Source: a virus. Taken from it: a DNA stretch of 64,000 nucleotides. A model generated the notes under the pieces. That model did not search any database. It saw nothing but the letters and a program-made list of their open reading frames with translations, and was not told where the DNA came from. This document shows, in pieces, positions 1 to 8,777 of the stretch. The position numbers were made by a program, and so were the translations under genes. Each line of letters begins with the position of its first letter. Within the stretch, counting starts at the first letter, position 1. Location of the stretch: the IMG/VR virus record IMGVR_UViG_3300045136_000267; one strand, written 5' to 3'.

Positions 1-41
1 CTCCACAGATATTTGAAGAAGAATTATCTTATCTCAAATGT

Positions 42-629
42 GTGGATATTTGTTCTGACAAATATGTTGTCACTAAATCTGATTTAGTTACGTTTGTTTC
101 TTCTATTGGTGAGATGGAATTATTTGACGTGATTGGTAGGGAAGAATTTGATTCCAATAGAATTAAGAAAGAATTAGAGCATGTGGAAGCCACTACAATT
201 GCTGATCTAGTTCTAGATTATTTGAATTATGACTTTGATTCATATTTGCATGAATATGCGAAAGAACTTGGAAAAGAATTTGATGACTGCGTTGTTACTT
301 GTTCTGAGGAAACAGAATTTGCTGCCTCCGATATTTTAGATACTTGTAACACGCTACTTAGCGTAGAAGTTGCTATCAAACAATATTTTGATGGTGTAAA
401 TAAAGAATTATTTGGATTGTTTTGTGACAAACGTCGTCATTTTGATACCTTACTTCAGATGCAAGATAATTTGAATGTATTAGCTCGTTATGTAAATTTG
501 AATGAACTTAAAAATTGGCGTAAGCTTTGGAAGCCAAGGGTGAAGATTGATATCCCTTGGTGGCTTGATGGAACGCTGGAATTTCTGTGCAAGGATGCAC
601 AGAGAAAAGTTAAGAAAAAGAGTGAATAA
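42..629 (+). CDS. hypothetical acidic protein (may begin upstream of the window)
   Basis: 195-aa ORF; no recognisable motif. Confidence 0.65.
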   Translation: MDICSDKYVVTKSDLVTFVSSIGEMELFDVIGREEFDSNRIKKELEHVEATTIADLVLDYLNYDFDSYLHEYAKELGKEFDDCVVTCSEETEFAASDILDTCNTLLSVEVAIKQYFDGVNKELFGLFCDKRRHFDTLLQMQDNLNVLARYVNLNELKNWRKLWKPRVKIDIPWWLDGTLEFLCKDAQRKVKKKSE

Positions 630-652
630 ATAATTGGGTAGTTCCACCCAAG
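624..652 (+). promoter_or_regulatory. candidate phage promoter motif plus 5' hairpin
   Basis: gaataaataattggg overlapping hairpin ttgggt/acccaa, then RBS aggagg and ATG at 661. Confidence 0.5.
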
Positions 653-660
653 GAGGTGCT

Positions 661-960
661 ATGAAACGCTTTCCAGGTATTTGTTTCGTCTTCATTTTGT
701 TGATCCTGTCTGCTGGTAATTTGACGGTGTACGCTTCGAATAATGAATTGAACCAACCTCTTGAAAAGCAAGAGGTTATTAATATTTGCAAAGTGCTACT
801 TGATGGGTATATGACTTTTATGATTGAGAAGAATAATTGTGAGCGGCTTGCCGCTGAAGCACTTTATAAGCATTTGATCGAGCCTGCTAACGTTCTGTTG
901 AATCATTTGTTTCCAAAGTATGCGAGGAAAATGGAGTACAGATTTGTGCAGGATAAGTGA
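661..960 (+). CDS. small exported or membrane-anchored protein
   Basis: RBS aggagg precedes ATG 661; MKRFPGICFVFILLILSAGNLTVYA resembles a signal peptide. Confidence 0.7.
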   Translation: MKRFPGICFVFILLILSAGNLTVYASNNELNQPLEKQEVINICKVLLDGYMTFMIEKNNCERLAAEALYKHLIEPANVLLNHLFPKYARKMEYRFVQDK

Positions 961-966
961 ATTAAT

Positions 967-1008
967 AGCCCCAGGAAATTACTCCTGGGGCTTTATTTTA
1001 GCTAAAAC
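967..1008 (+). terminator. hairpin terminator with TTTTAGCTAAAA
   Basis: agccccagga/tcctggggct 10-bp stem then T-rich tail, right after stop at 960. Confidence 0.7.
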
Positions 1009-1024
1009 TGTTCAAGGAAGAACT

Positions 1025-1504
1025 ATGATTGATTCTGATTTCGAAATTATAGAACGAAATCTGAATAGTAGATTTATTTGTCGTAGTTCTTCTGTATATG
1101 GAGATTTAGCAAAAGTAATTTCTGTAGAGACTATACATAAATTGCATAACGGAGAACCTGTAACTATTTATGTTTGTCTCACCAGATACTTTTATCCTTG
1201 CATATTTATCTCTGATTCGAGAAAGGCTAAAGATTATTTATTAGATAAGAAAGCTAAATTAGAACTGACTATAGAGGAAAATGAATACTTTTCACAACGT
1301 GATGTATGCGTTTTTAATTCATTTATCATTTCTCTAAGCCCGCTTCATATGTCAGTTGATGATTTGATAGCCCATATTGGAGATATAATCAGCAATATTA
1401 CTGATTGTATAATTTATGTAATTAATAATAGAACTAAAGATACATTAGACTGGAGACTGGATTGTGTAACAAATGGAAAATATGGCATAAATAAGTGGAC
1501 GTGA
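1025..1504 (+). CDS. hypothetical protein
   Basis: ORF track 920..1504; ATG 1025 follows aaggaag and lies after the terminator. Confidence 0.6.
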   Translation: MIDSDFEIIERNLNSRFICRSSSVYGDLAKVISVETIHKLHNGEPVTIYVCLTRYFYPCIFISDSRKAKDYLLDKKAKLELTIEENEYFSQRDVCVFNSFIISLSPLHMSVDDLIAHIGDIISNITDCIIYVINNRTKDTLDWRLDCVTNGKYGINKWT

Positions 1505-1822
1505 GTCCACCCTCCTCCGGGAGGGTTTTAGGTTGGGTGCCAGAAACCCTGTAGCTGCGAGCACAGCTACATGGCGGAGGCTAACCGACGTGAGGGAGTC
1601 GGGGGTACATGCACAGCCCGGTATTCGACATGCTCGGGTCGAATACAAGGGATGCATGTGCCACGGGTTCGAGACCCAAAACCCCTCTTTTTAGACCTGC
1701 AGCGAATTGCCCTTTCTAGGGATGTCCCCGCGCTGCAGGTCGTTAACCTATCAAGGGAATCTCTGCCTTTTTTAGATAAAAAGGTAGGGATTGGGACGTC
1801 CCAGCCTGGCCGCTAGGCTTTA
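1495..1822 (+). ncRNA. candidate structured ncRNA or long structured leader
   Basis: GC-rich intergenic run of stems: gtggac-GTGA-gtccac, tgtagctg/cagctaca, gtattcgac/gtcgaatac, gacctgcagcg/cgctgcaggtc; starts at promoter-like ggcataaataagtgg (1484). Confidence 0.45.
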
Positions 1823-1838
1823 GTGGCAGGAGCTAGAT

Positions 1839-2531
1839 ATGAAGAACCTAAAAAACATTTGCACGCGAGTTGAAGCTCGGGAGTATTTGGAATCGCTTGA
1901 TTTGCCTGAGTCTGTAATTGAGGCGCTCTTGAAGGAGACCGCACTTGATCGACACAATTGGAGGACGAGTCGGGCACTTGAAGCAGCGAAAAATTGGGTC
2001 GTTAGTTGTTGGGGGATGGAGGAACATAAAATTGGGGAGTATGTTGTGGCGGCGCAGGTTAGCGCCGTCTTGCTTGCTGATTGCTTTGGTATTGGAGGTC
2101 ATTTGGGCGTTTCGGGTGCCGGCACTAAAAGACACCCGGCTTTGGTAGGCCTTGGAAAAGGCCGGAAGAATTGTAGTGATGGTCCAGCTTGGTCGGCGGC
2201 AATTCGCGCCGCCGTCGATAATTGTCGTGGATATTTTGCCCCGTCATATATGGATGGTATTTGCTTGGCTTATTATGTTGATTATTGGAATATGTTGACC
2301 CTGCTTAATTCGAAACTTATTCCATTTGAATGGCAATTGACGATTGCCCGTGAGGGGTTGAGGAGGTCCTTTGGGCTTGATCCTTGGTTCCCGGACTTGT
2401 TGGACTTTGTTAGGGCTGACGAGAACACTTGCACGGGTTGGGCTCAATTGGTTGACTACTTGACTGAGGAATTGGAAAAAGCAAGGCAACAAGCTGAAGA
2501 GGAGCAGCCTGAGGAGGCTGCTTCGACTTAA
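1839..2531 (+). CDS. hypothetical protein
   Basis: 230-aa ORF, RBS aggag, acidic C-tail. Confidence 0.75.
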   Translation: MKNLKNICTRVEAREYLESLDLPESVIEALLKETALDRHNWRTSRALEAAKNWVVSCWGMEEHKIGEYVVAAQVSAVLLADCFGIGGHLGVSGAGTKRHPALVGLGKGRKNCSDGPAWSAAIRAAVDNCRGYFAPSYMDGICLAYYVDYWNMLTLLNSKLIPFEWQLTIAREGLRRSFGLDPWFPDLLDFVRADENTCTGWAQLVDYLTEELEKARQQAEEEQPEEAAST

Positions 2532-2598
2532 TTGCTACGTATTATTTGTTTGGCTACTTGTTTTTTTAGCTCAAATATTTCGGAAAGGAGGGTTATTT

Positions 2599-3669
2599 AT
2601 GAAAATCTCTAGCATGCATCTCACTAATGTTGGTCCAATTAAGGATGCTCAAGTTAATTTTGGCGATTTAACGATATTATTAGGACCTAATGATCTAGGT
2701 AAAAGCATTTTTTTACAGCTATTTAGGCTAGCACTTGATTATGGATACATTAATGATGAATTAACAAAGTATGGAATAGATTGGAATGGTTCTTTATCTC
2801 TGTTTCTTGAATCGTATCTAGGAACTGGATTACAGAGCGTTTGGCAAAATGATAGTAGTATTAAACTAAATGGTAAGCCAATAAATTTGAAGCAAATGGT
2901 ACAAAAGCCAAGCAAAGCAATAGAACCCACTGTATTTTATATTCCCGCCCAGCGGCTTTTGATGTTCACCCACAACTGGATTAAACCTTTCACAGAATTT
3001 AGATATATGGATCCGTTTGCCATTAAAGATTTTAGCGAAACGCTCCGTAGGGCAGTAGATCATAGAATGATGAAGAAGAGAAATTATTTGAAGCCTTGGC
3101 TTTTGAAGGCAATTAGTAAGGATATTTTTGGAAATTTAAATTTAGATATTGCTATATATTCTTTTAGGAAAAGCATTGTGCTTGGAGATAGTAAGAAGGA
3201 TACTGTCATTCCTATTGATAATTGCTCTATAGGACAAAGAGCTTTTGTTCCTCTGCTTCTAGGAATTCAATGGTTATTGCATGAGGCAGCTGATAAGAAA
3301 GGTAATTCAATTAAGTGGGTAATTATTGAAGAACCTGAATTAGGTTTACAATTATGCACTCATTCTTCTCTCTTTTCTTCTATCTTTCATACATTATTTC
3401 TATTGATTACTGGGCTGCTTCAAAAGGGCTATAACGTTTGCATTAGTACACATTCTGAGCAGGTATTTGCTTTTGCTTGGTTAGCTCGTTACTTGAAGTC
3501 TTGCAGCAAATATCCGTCAGGATTGATTACCTGGCTTCAACCAAATAATTCAACGGAATTAGAGGATTCAGTTAAATATTTATGTAAAAGAAATGTTATG
3601 GTCTATGAATTTGACAATAGCGGGCTGGCTGCGGATATTTCACAAGAATATTGTCATAGTATGATGTAA
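2599..3669 (+). CDS. ABC-class ATPase (AAA_15/AAA_21, OLD/AbiEii-like)
   Basis: Walker A GPNDLGKS, signature-like SIGQR, Walker B/D-loop IIEEPELGL, H-loop STHS; RBS aaggagg. Confidence 0.85.
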   Translation: MKISSMHLTNVGPIKDAQVNFGDLTILLGPNDLGKSIFLQLFRLALDYGYINDELTKYGIDWNGSLSLFLESYLGTGLQSVWQNDSSIKLNGKPINLKQMVQKPSKAIEPTVFYIPAQRLLMFTHNWIKPFTEFRYMDPFAIKDFSETLRRAVDHRMMKKRNYLKPWLLKAISKDIFGNLNLDIAIYSFRKSIVLGDSKKDTVIPIDNCSIGQRAFVPLLLGIQWLLHEAADKKGNSIKWVIIEEPELGLQLCTHSSLFSSIFHTLFLLITGLLQKGYNVCISTHSEQVFAFAWLARYLKSCSKYPSGLITWLQPNNSTELEDSVKYLCKRNVMVYEFDNSGLAADISQEYCHSMM

Positions 3670-3700
3670 AACTGATTTTTTAGCATGGAGGTTTTGAGAA

Positions 3701-4012
3701 GTGAGCATTTATTTTCCGGTCGGCAAACCTAATATCATTAGATGGTATTCCCCTGACGGGAAGCACTCGGCGGTGCTACATGTGACGAGCACCACGAATC
3801 CGAGGGCTAATGATACCTTGACATTTTACTTCCGGGATTACAATGGTAACCCAGCGACAGCGCTTGATGGATTAGTTCTATCCTTAGATGGGGTCACCTC
3901 TGTCATTGGTACAGAGGTGCGGGCATACGTAGACAGGAATATATTAGCTACTGTATTTAGCCCTAAGATGACTTTGAAGGTAGGTAATGATATTTGGATT
4001 ATGAATAAATGA
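3701..4012 (+). CDS. hypothetical protein
   Basis: 103 aa, GTG start after ggagg. Confidence 0.65.
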   Translation: MSIYFPVGKPNIIRWYSPDGKHSAVLHVTSTTNPRANDTLTFYFRDYNGNPATALDGLVLSLDGVTSVIGTEVRAYVDRNILATVFSPKMTLKVGNDIWIMNK

Positions 4013-4141
4013 GATGAAGATAGTAGCAGGGGCCAGATGATCCCCTGACGGGGACAGGGGACACACGATTCAGCTGCATATAGTTTAGGCTTGATCGTAA
4101 TTCGATAATAAAATAAGATTATATCTAGCCCCCTCCTTGCG

Positions 4142-4185
4142 CCCCCGGTCGCGCCCTTGTGGCGTGGCCGGGGGTTTTTTATTTT
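4142..4185 (+). terminator. intrinsic terminator
   Basis: ccccggtcgcgcc/ggcgtggccgggg stem (G-U pairs) followed by tttttt. Confidence 0.75.
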
Positions 4186-4301
4186 CGCAGCTTCAAGCAT
4201 TTGCTTCTTTTTTAGCTCAATGAGAAAGAAGAAGAGGGGCTACTTGTTTTCGGGTGCCCGCATTCGGAAAGGCTTCTGGGGGCCAGACGAACGCGCTGCT
4301 A

Positions 4302-4341
4302 AGCTGGAATAAATAATTGGGAGGCCCCTGCTGTGGGGGCC
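4302..4341 (+). promoter_or_regulatory. candidate phage promoter motif plus 5' hairpin
   Basis: agctggaataaataattggg followed by ggcccct/gggggcc hairpin. Confidence 0.55.
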
Positions 4342-4373
4342 GATTTGAGTCCACGTACATAAGGAGCATAAGC

Positions 4374-4559
4374 ATGTACGTGGTTATCTTCTCGTATTCT
4401 GAACGGGGGCCGGTGCGGCGGCTCCCGTTCAAGGCTAAGAGCCGGGCTATTCGGGCGGCCCGGCTCCTTGAGAAGGCAGGCCTTCGGGCTTGCCTCATTA
4501 GCCCGTATCCCCTGCGGACTTCCCCGCAGGGGAACAAGGAAATGAAGCCCCGGGTTTGA
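4374..4559 (+). CDS. small basic protein
   Basis: ATG 4374 after aaggag; MYVVIFSY... resembles 4802..5014. Confidence 0.6.
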   Translation: MYVVIFSYSERGPVRRLPFKAKSRAIRAARLLEKAGLRACLISPYPLRTSPQGNKEMKPRV

Positions 4560-4570
4560 TCCTGGGGCGG

Positions 4571-4637
4571 CTCCTGGGAGGTCGGTCTCTACTCCCAGGA
4601 GTAAAAAGCATAGAGACCTTCTTTTTTAGCTAAAAAA
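4571..4637 (+). other. H-type pseudoknot followed by TTTTTTAGCTAAAAAA palindrome
   Basis: S1 ctcctgggag(4571-80)/ctcccaggag(4592-4601); S2 ggtctcta(4584-91)/tagagacc(4611-18); A-rich L3. Confidence 0.6.
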
Positions 4638-4732
4638 CAATGATTTTTTAGTTAATAATAAAAGCTAATTAGTTAGTAACAAAGCTAGTTTTTTTATAAG
4701 CAAGCTATAGCTGTATGGGCAAGGTAGGAAGT

Positions 4733-4772
4733 AGCAGGCATAAGTAATTGGAAGGCCTCCGCCGTGGAGGCC
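4733..4772 (+). promoter_or_regulatory. candidate phage promoter motif plus 5' hairpin
   Basis: agcaggcataagtaattgg followed by ggcctcc/ggaggcc hairpin. Confidence 0.55.
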
Positions 4773-4801
4773 GAATTCGTTCCGCGTCCGGGAGGGGAAA
4801 A

Positions 4802-5014
4802 ATGTACGCGGTGCTAATATACCATACGAAGGGCAGCGACCTGACAGGCCACGAGGTCGAGCGGGTGAACTTCACCACCCTCTCGGCGGCCGAGGAGGCC
4901 GCCGAGAAGGCTCAGCACGAGGGCAAGGATGCCATCGTGCTGCACATCATCCGCCAGCCCTACCGATTTACGGTAGGGCCCGACGGGATCATCCGGGACA
5001 TTGAGTGGTGCTAG
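4802..5014 (+). CDS. small protein encoded by high-GC DNA
   Basis: ATG 4802 after gggagggg; strongly G/C-ending codons. Confidence 0.7.
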   Translation: MYAVLIYHTKGSDLTGHEVERVNFTTLSAAEEAAEKAQHEGKDAIVLHIIRQPYRFTVGPDGIIRDIEWC

Positions 5015-5031
5015 CCGCTCGGTGTCCCACT

Positions 5032-5107
5032 AGCCCCAGCCGCGCCAGGACGGCGTTGCTGGGGCTTTCTTTTTTAGCACTAATCCCCTTACTTCTTTTT
5101 TAGCTAA
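5032..5107 (+). terminator. intrinsic terminator with two TTTTTTAGC motifs
   Basis: agccccagc...gctggggct stem, T-run, motif at ~5070 and ~5096. Confidence 0.75.
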
Positions 5108-5349
5108 AGAAAACAATATTTGCTTTTTAATTCATTACATTAACAACTGTTGTCATTATATAGCATACTTCCTTTCTTTATCGCTCTTTCATTTATAGCT
5201 ACCTCTCGCTCATTCTCTCTCTATCTTTACTGCTTTTATTCTATACTCGCATTCTATTAAAGGTAAGTAATAGTAACACATAATCGCCTATTGTATTATT
5301 GTTAATGTATATAGAGATGTATATTTATATTGTCTATGGATTATTCAAT

Positions 5350-5835
5350 TGCTTATTTATATATATCACTCTTCTAGAGTAGATCTTATATTTAAGCTAC
5401 TATGAATGACAAGCATGGATAAGCACTCCTTCGCTCTTCTATATATATAGCTCGCTTGTTTGTTATACATTGCTTATTTCTATGTTACTCTTTGAGAGTA
5501 AATATATCAGTCATTATTACTGAAATGATAAACAGAGATAAGCACTCCTTCGCTCTTCTACGTATACATATTCAGCTATAGCTATCGTCTTAATGTACTT
5601 AATATGCTTATCTATATATTACTCTTCGAGAGTAAATATGATATTCAATCTATTATGAATGATGGATATGGATAAGCATACACATACTCTCTCTTATATA
5701 TCTATATCTCCTTTTTAATATACTTAATTTGCTTATTCCTATGTTACTCTTTGAGAGTAAACATATCATTCATATTTCTGGAATGACAAACAAGTTTCTG
5801 GAATGACAAACAAGGATAAGTACTCACTCTCTTCT
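5350..5835 (+). repeat. four degenerate structured repeats
   Basis: units start at 5350, 5471, 5605, 5730: tgcttat...actct-NNN-agagta...aatga...gataag(c/t)a. Confidence 0.85.
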
Positions 5836-6249
5836 ATATATTCTCTCTCTTCTATCCATCGCTATTACCGCTCTCTCTTCTATATACTTCTACGATACAG
5901 CTTCCTCCCAGGAGTAATATCTCTCTTAGAAGCAGCTAATAGCTATGCAGTTGAATGCTATTACTTACTTAGTAATTATTATTGTTAATAACGATAGAAA
6001 TCTAATAAAAATGAGCAAAAAAGTCGTTTTATAGGAAGCCCGTTTTAGCCACGAAATTAAAAATAGGTATTAGAGATCGTTGAGTGCTAGCGGGCTCTAG
6101 AACGCTTCCTATTGCGTTTAAACGCATGCTTTGCTGTCTCAAAATGAGACTTCGCTCCTCGAAGGAAAATTTCCAGTCTCAATAAAAATCCTAATTTTCA
6201 CTAAAAATTTCCCAGAAAATTTGCCCTAACTTAGAATTGCTCTTGACTT

Positions 6250-6280
6250 TTGACACTTTTTCTGGGAGAAAAAGTGTCAA
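6250..6280. repeat. perfect 14-bp inverted repeat
   Basis: ttgacactttttct-ggg-agaaaaagtgtcaa. Confidence 0.9.
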
Positions 6281-6423
6281 CTTTTGATAATCAACACAAC
6301 TTACGTCAATTCCTCCTATCACTTTCCATCCTTTCCAGTCAGTCTCAATAAGAATTTTAGTTATTAATGTTAATCAACTTAGTAATGATTCATAATAATA
6401 GTACTCAAGATATCCCAGCACTA

Positions 6424-6540
6424 TTACTATTGTAAGCAGATTACTATCGTAAACTAATTACTATCGTAAACTATTATTGACGTAAACTAATTACTGACGT
6501 AAGCGATATTACTATCGTATACTATCGTATACTATTGCAT
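6424..6540 (+). repeat. tandem ~17-bp iteron-like repeats
   Basis: ttactatcgtaaacta(a)-like units, five near full-length plus shorter tactatcgta copies; one inverted core ttacgtcaat at 6301. Confidence 0.85.
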
Positions 6541-6656
6541 TAGCGATAAGTAGCAGCCTTTGAGTAGCTGCTTAAGTTATCTTAGGTCGGCTTAAGAGCG
6601 CCGCCAAAATTTTCACCTCCTGCATATGAAGACACCCCGCACGGGGGTAGAAGGGG

Positions 6657-6965
6657 GCTAGCCAAGAAGAGAGAAAAGAGTATCCATTTATTATTCTATA
6701 CAGATATCAATGTATATAAACAGCCAAAAGAAGAGAAGAGAGTATCTATTTATTCTATAGCCAGCTATAGAATAAAATAAGTATACAGTTAGCTACAAAC
6801 AGAATAAGAACAAAAGCTAGCCAAAAGAAGAGAGAAGAGAGTAGCTATCATCCTGTATAAAGATAGAAATGTATATAGGCAGCCAAAAGAAGAGAAGGTA
6901 GTATCTATTTATTCTATACAGCTAGTAATGTATATAGGCAGCTAAATATAAGAGAGAGCGACTAT
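6657..6965 (+). repeat. purine-rich ~60-bp degenerate direct repeats
   Basis: gccaa(aa)gaagag...agta units at 6661, 6723, 6820, 6882 and a weaker one at 6941. Confidence 0.8.
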
Positions 6966-7066
6966 AGAAAGAACAATTATTTTAGCTAACTATAAACAGA
7001 ATAGACATGCAGCTAATAGCTATTAGTAATGAAGTATAAAGCAAAGGCCAGGAATAAAAGCAAAAT

Positions 7067-7092
7067 AGCTGGCATAAATAATTGAAAAAAGA
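7067..7092 (+). promoter_or_regulatory. candidate phage promoter motif
   Basis: ggcataaataattgaaaaaaga; identical 22-mer at 9359. Confidence 0.5.
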
Positions 7093-7381
7093 AAAGAGAA
7101 TTATAGAAGCTAATAATAGTAGCTTCTTCTTTTTATAGCAGAGGGCTATAAAAAATTTTAATAATGTTGGCAGCCAAAGTTAATTGCTAGTAAGTTACTA
7201 TGAATTAGCACTGAATTTTATGTTAAAATAGTTAAATAAGGGAGCATAGGAAAGCTAATATTTATTAAATTTCACTTATCAAAGAGAGTAAGCATCCCTC
7301 ATAGGAAAAATTGGATTTTTGAATTTTGGGAATTGATTTTAATTTAAAAGAGTAAAGAACTGATTCTTTCGTTTATTTCGT

Positions 7382-7804
7382 TTAATCGAGATTTCTCTCG
7401 TTTTTATCCATTGCTTCAAGCAGCTTCTGTCTGAATAATTTGGAAAGCAATTTTGCTTGCTCTTTAGTAAGATCGACTCTAAGCTCTCTTCGGCCTTTAT
7501 TGCCTTTAGTGGGCGCTTTCTTGGCAGCGGCTTCTATAGCGGCTATAACTGGCTTGAGCTGCTGCTGTATCCTTGGATCGCCGTTAAAGATCTCACTTAG
7601 GAATTTAGCTGCCATTTCAGCAAAATTATTATTACCAACCGTTAAAGTTCTAGCAGCATTTCTGCCTCTTCTTCTAGCAATACCTGCTTCCCTTTCAGGT
7701 ATATCCAAATCTTCATCCTCAGTAAATAACAGATAGTTTTCATTACTAGCACGCTTAAGCATATGCGTACAATAAAGCAATAAAGGTTCGAGGTAGCTGC
7801 TCAT
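7382..7804 (-). CDS. basic hypothetical protein with K-x-A leader
   Basis: 140 aa; N-terminal ...MLKRAS; only Cys lies in the leader. Confidence 0.65.
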   Translation of the reverse strand: MSSYLEPLLLYCTHMLKRASNENYLLFTEDEDLDIPEREAGIARRRGRNAARTLTVGNNNFAEMAAKFLSEIFNGDPRIQQQLKPVIAAIEAAAKKAPTKGNKGRRELRVDLTKEQAKLLSKLFRQKLLEAMDKNERNLD

Positions 7805-7937
7805 TTAAAGTTACTCCGGACAGGTCGAAGGTCGAAGACATGAAGCCTCTTCGCAGGCATAAAGTACAGCTCAAATATTATGCTTTACTCCTTAGCAGTA
7901 TCTGATTTAGAATAATACGTAGCTTAGCATTAATACA

Positions 7938-7970
7938 GTCAACTACCCCCGACTGAAGTCGGGGGCTTCC
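7938..7970. mobile_element. orphan IS200/IS605-family (TnpB/IscB-type) terminal hairpin
   Basis: gtcaactacccccgactgaagtcgggggcttc matches the typical GTCAACTACCCC-hairpin-GGGGCTT end; no tnpA/tnpB/iscB nearby. Confidence 0.7.
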
Positions 7971-8044
7971 GCGCTGGTGATGCTGTGAAAGTAAATTGTA
8001 CCCCTTTGCTGCTATTGCTATAAAGAGCAAAAATCAGAAAAACT

Positions 8045-8296
8045 ATGCTAATGGATCCTGCTTTTTATGCGGAAGCTTTGCTTTGGGAGAAGCTAGCTTC
8101 TGAGGAGCTTAACCTCCCCGAAAGTATGGATAAAAATTTGGAGAAGGAAACAGCGGCAAAGAAGAAACCTAAAAAACCACTTTCCTGGTACGATCATCTA
8201 AATATCCAAACCTGGTCCTTAATAGGCATACTAATGGGGATAGCATTATCCCGAGCTTGGAGCAATGAATATGCTCGGCTAACTCAGAATCAATAA
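8045..8296 (+). CDS. small virion-candidate protein, K-x-A leader, one TM segment
   Basis: AFYAEALLWEKLAS leader; WSLIGILMGIAL. Confidence 0.65.
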   Translation: MLMDPAFYAEALLWEKLASEELNLPESMDKNLEKETAAKKKPKKPLSWYDHLNIQTWSLIGILMGIALSRAWSNEYARLTQNQ

Positions 8297-8339
8297 TTAA
8301 AATTTATGGCATAAACTAAAAAACAGGAGCAGTAATAAA

Positions 8340-8699
8340 ATGAATGCAAACACCAAAGCTTACATAGAAGCTTTATTAGCTAATGAATATTTAATTAAGC
8401 AAGCATCGGAAAGACGTTCCCGTAATCGTTCTGAAGATTCCGAAGAGTACGTAGATCCGGATTTTGAGCTTCCTAGAAAGATAAATGTTGGTAAGTCTCT
8501 GAATATTGGTTCTTTACTAGGTGTATTAGCAGGATTAACGCTTGGAGTGGTCTTTGGAGATAAAATAAAAGGCGGTTTGGGTTATCTACTGCCCAGAGCA
8601 TCTGGCGGTGGCGATGCGCCTCCAGCTCCTCCAACCACAGACGCCCCCGCAGGTATTTTAAACCCGGAGCAACCTATTGACGTTGATGCTTTTATCTAA
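8340..8699 (+). CDS. small virion-candidate protein, K-x-A leader, Gly-rich TM segment
   Basis: AYIEALLANEYLIKQAS; IGSLLGVLAGLTLGVVFG; RBS aggag. Confidence 0.7.
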   Translation: MNANTKAYIEALLANEYLIKQASERRSRNRSEDSEEYVDPDFELPRKINVGKSLNIGSLLGVLAGLTLGVVFGDKIKGGLGYLLPRASGGGDAPPAPPTTDAPAGILNPEQPIDVDAFI

Positions 8700-8777
8700 A
8701 TTTAAGTTCATCTGTAGCGTTGTAATATGATCGTTTCTCCTATTCTTTACAAAGAACTTTAGATAACTTGGTGTTTT

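Noticed and set aside
3749-4053. 13-mer tcccctgacggga at 3749 and 4041
   Set aside because: Only two copies, one inside a CDS; no function supportable
4025-4080. tRNA-like hairpin cagggg...cccctg
   Set aside because: No GTTC T-loop, acceptor stem or cloverleaf
5471-5560. Hammerhead ribozyme on the minus strand (ctgatata...gaaa around a stem)
   Set aside because: CUGANGA core is imperfect and not kept in the other three units
5803-5988. 61-aa ORF in the non-coding hub
   Set aside because: Built from repeat and low-complexity DNA; no RBS
5350-6965. CRISPR array interpretation of the repeat arms
   Set aside because: Repeats are degenerate, intervening sequences resemble each other, spacing is irregular, and no cas genes are present
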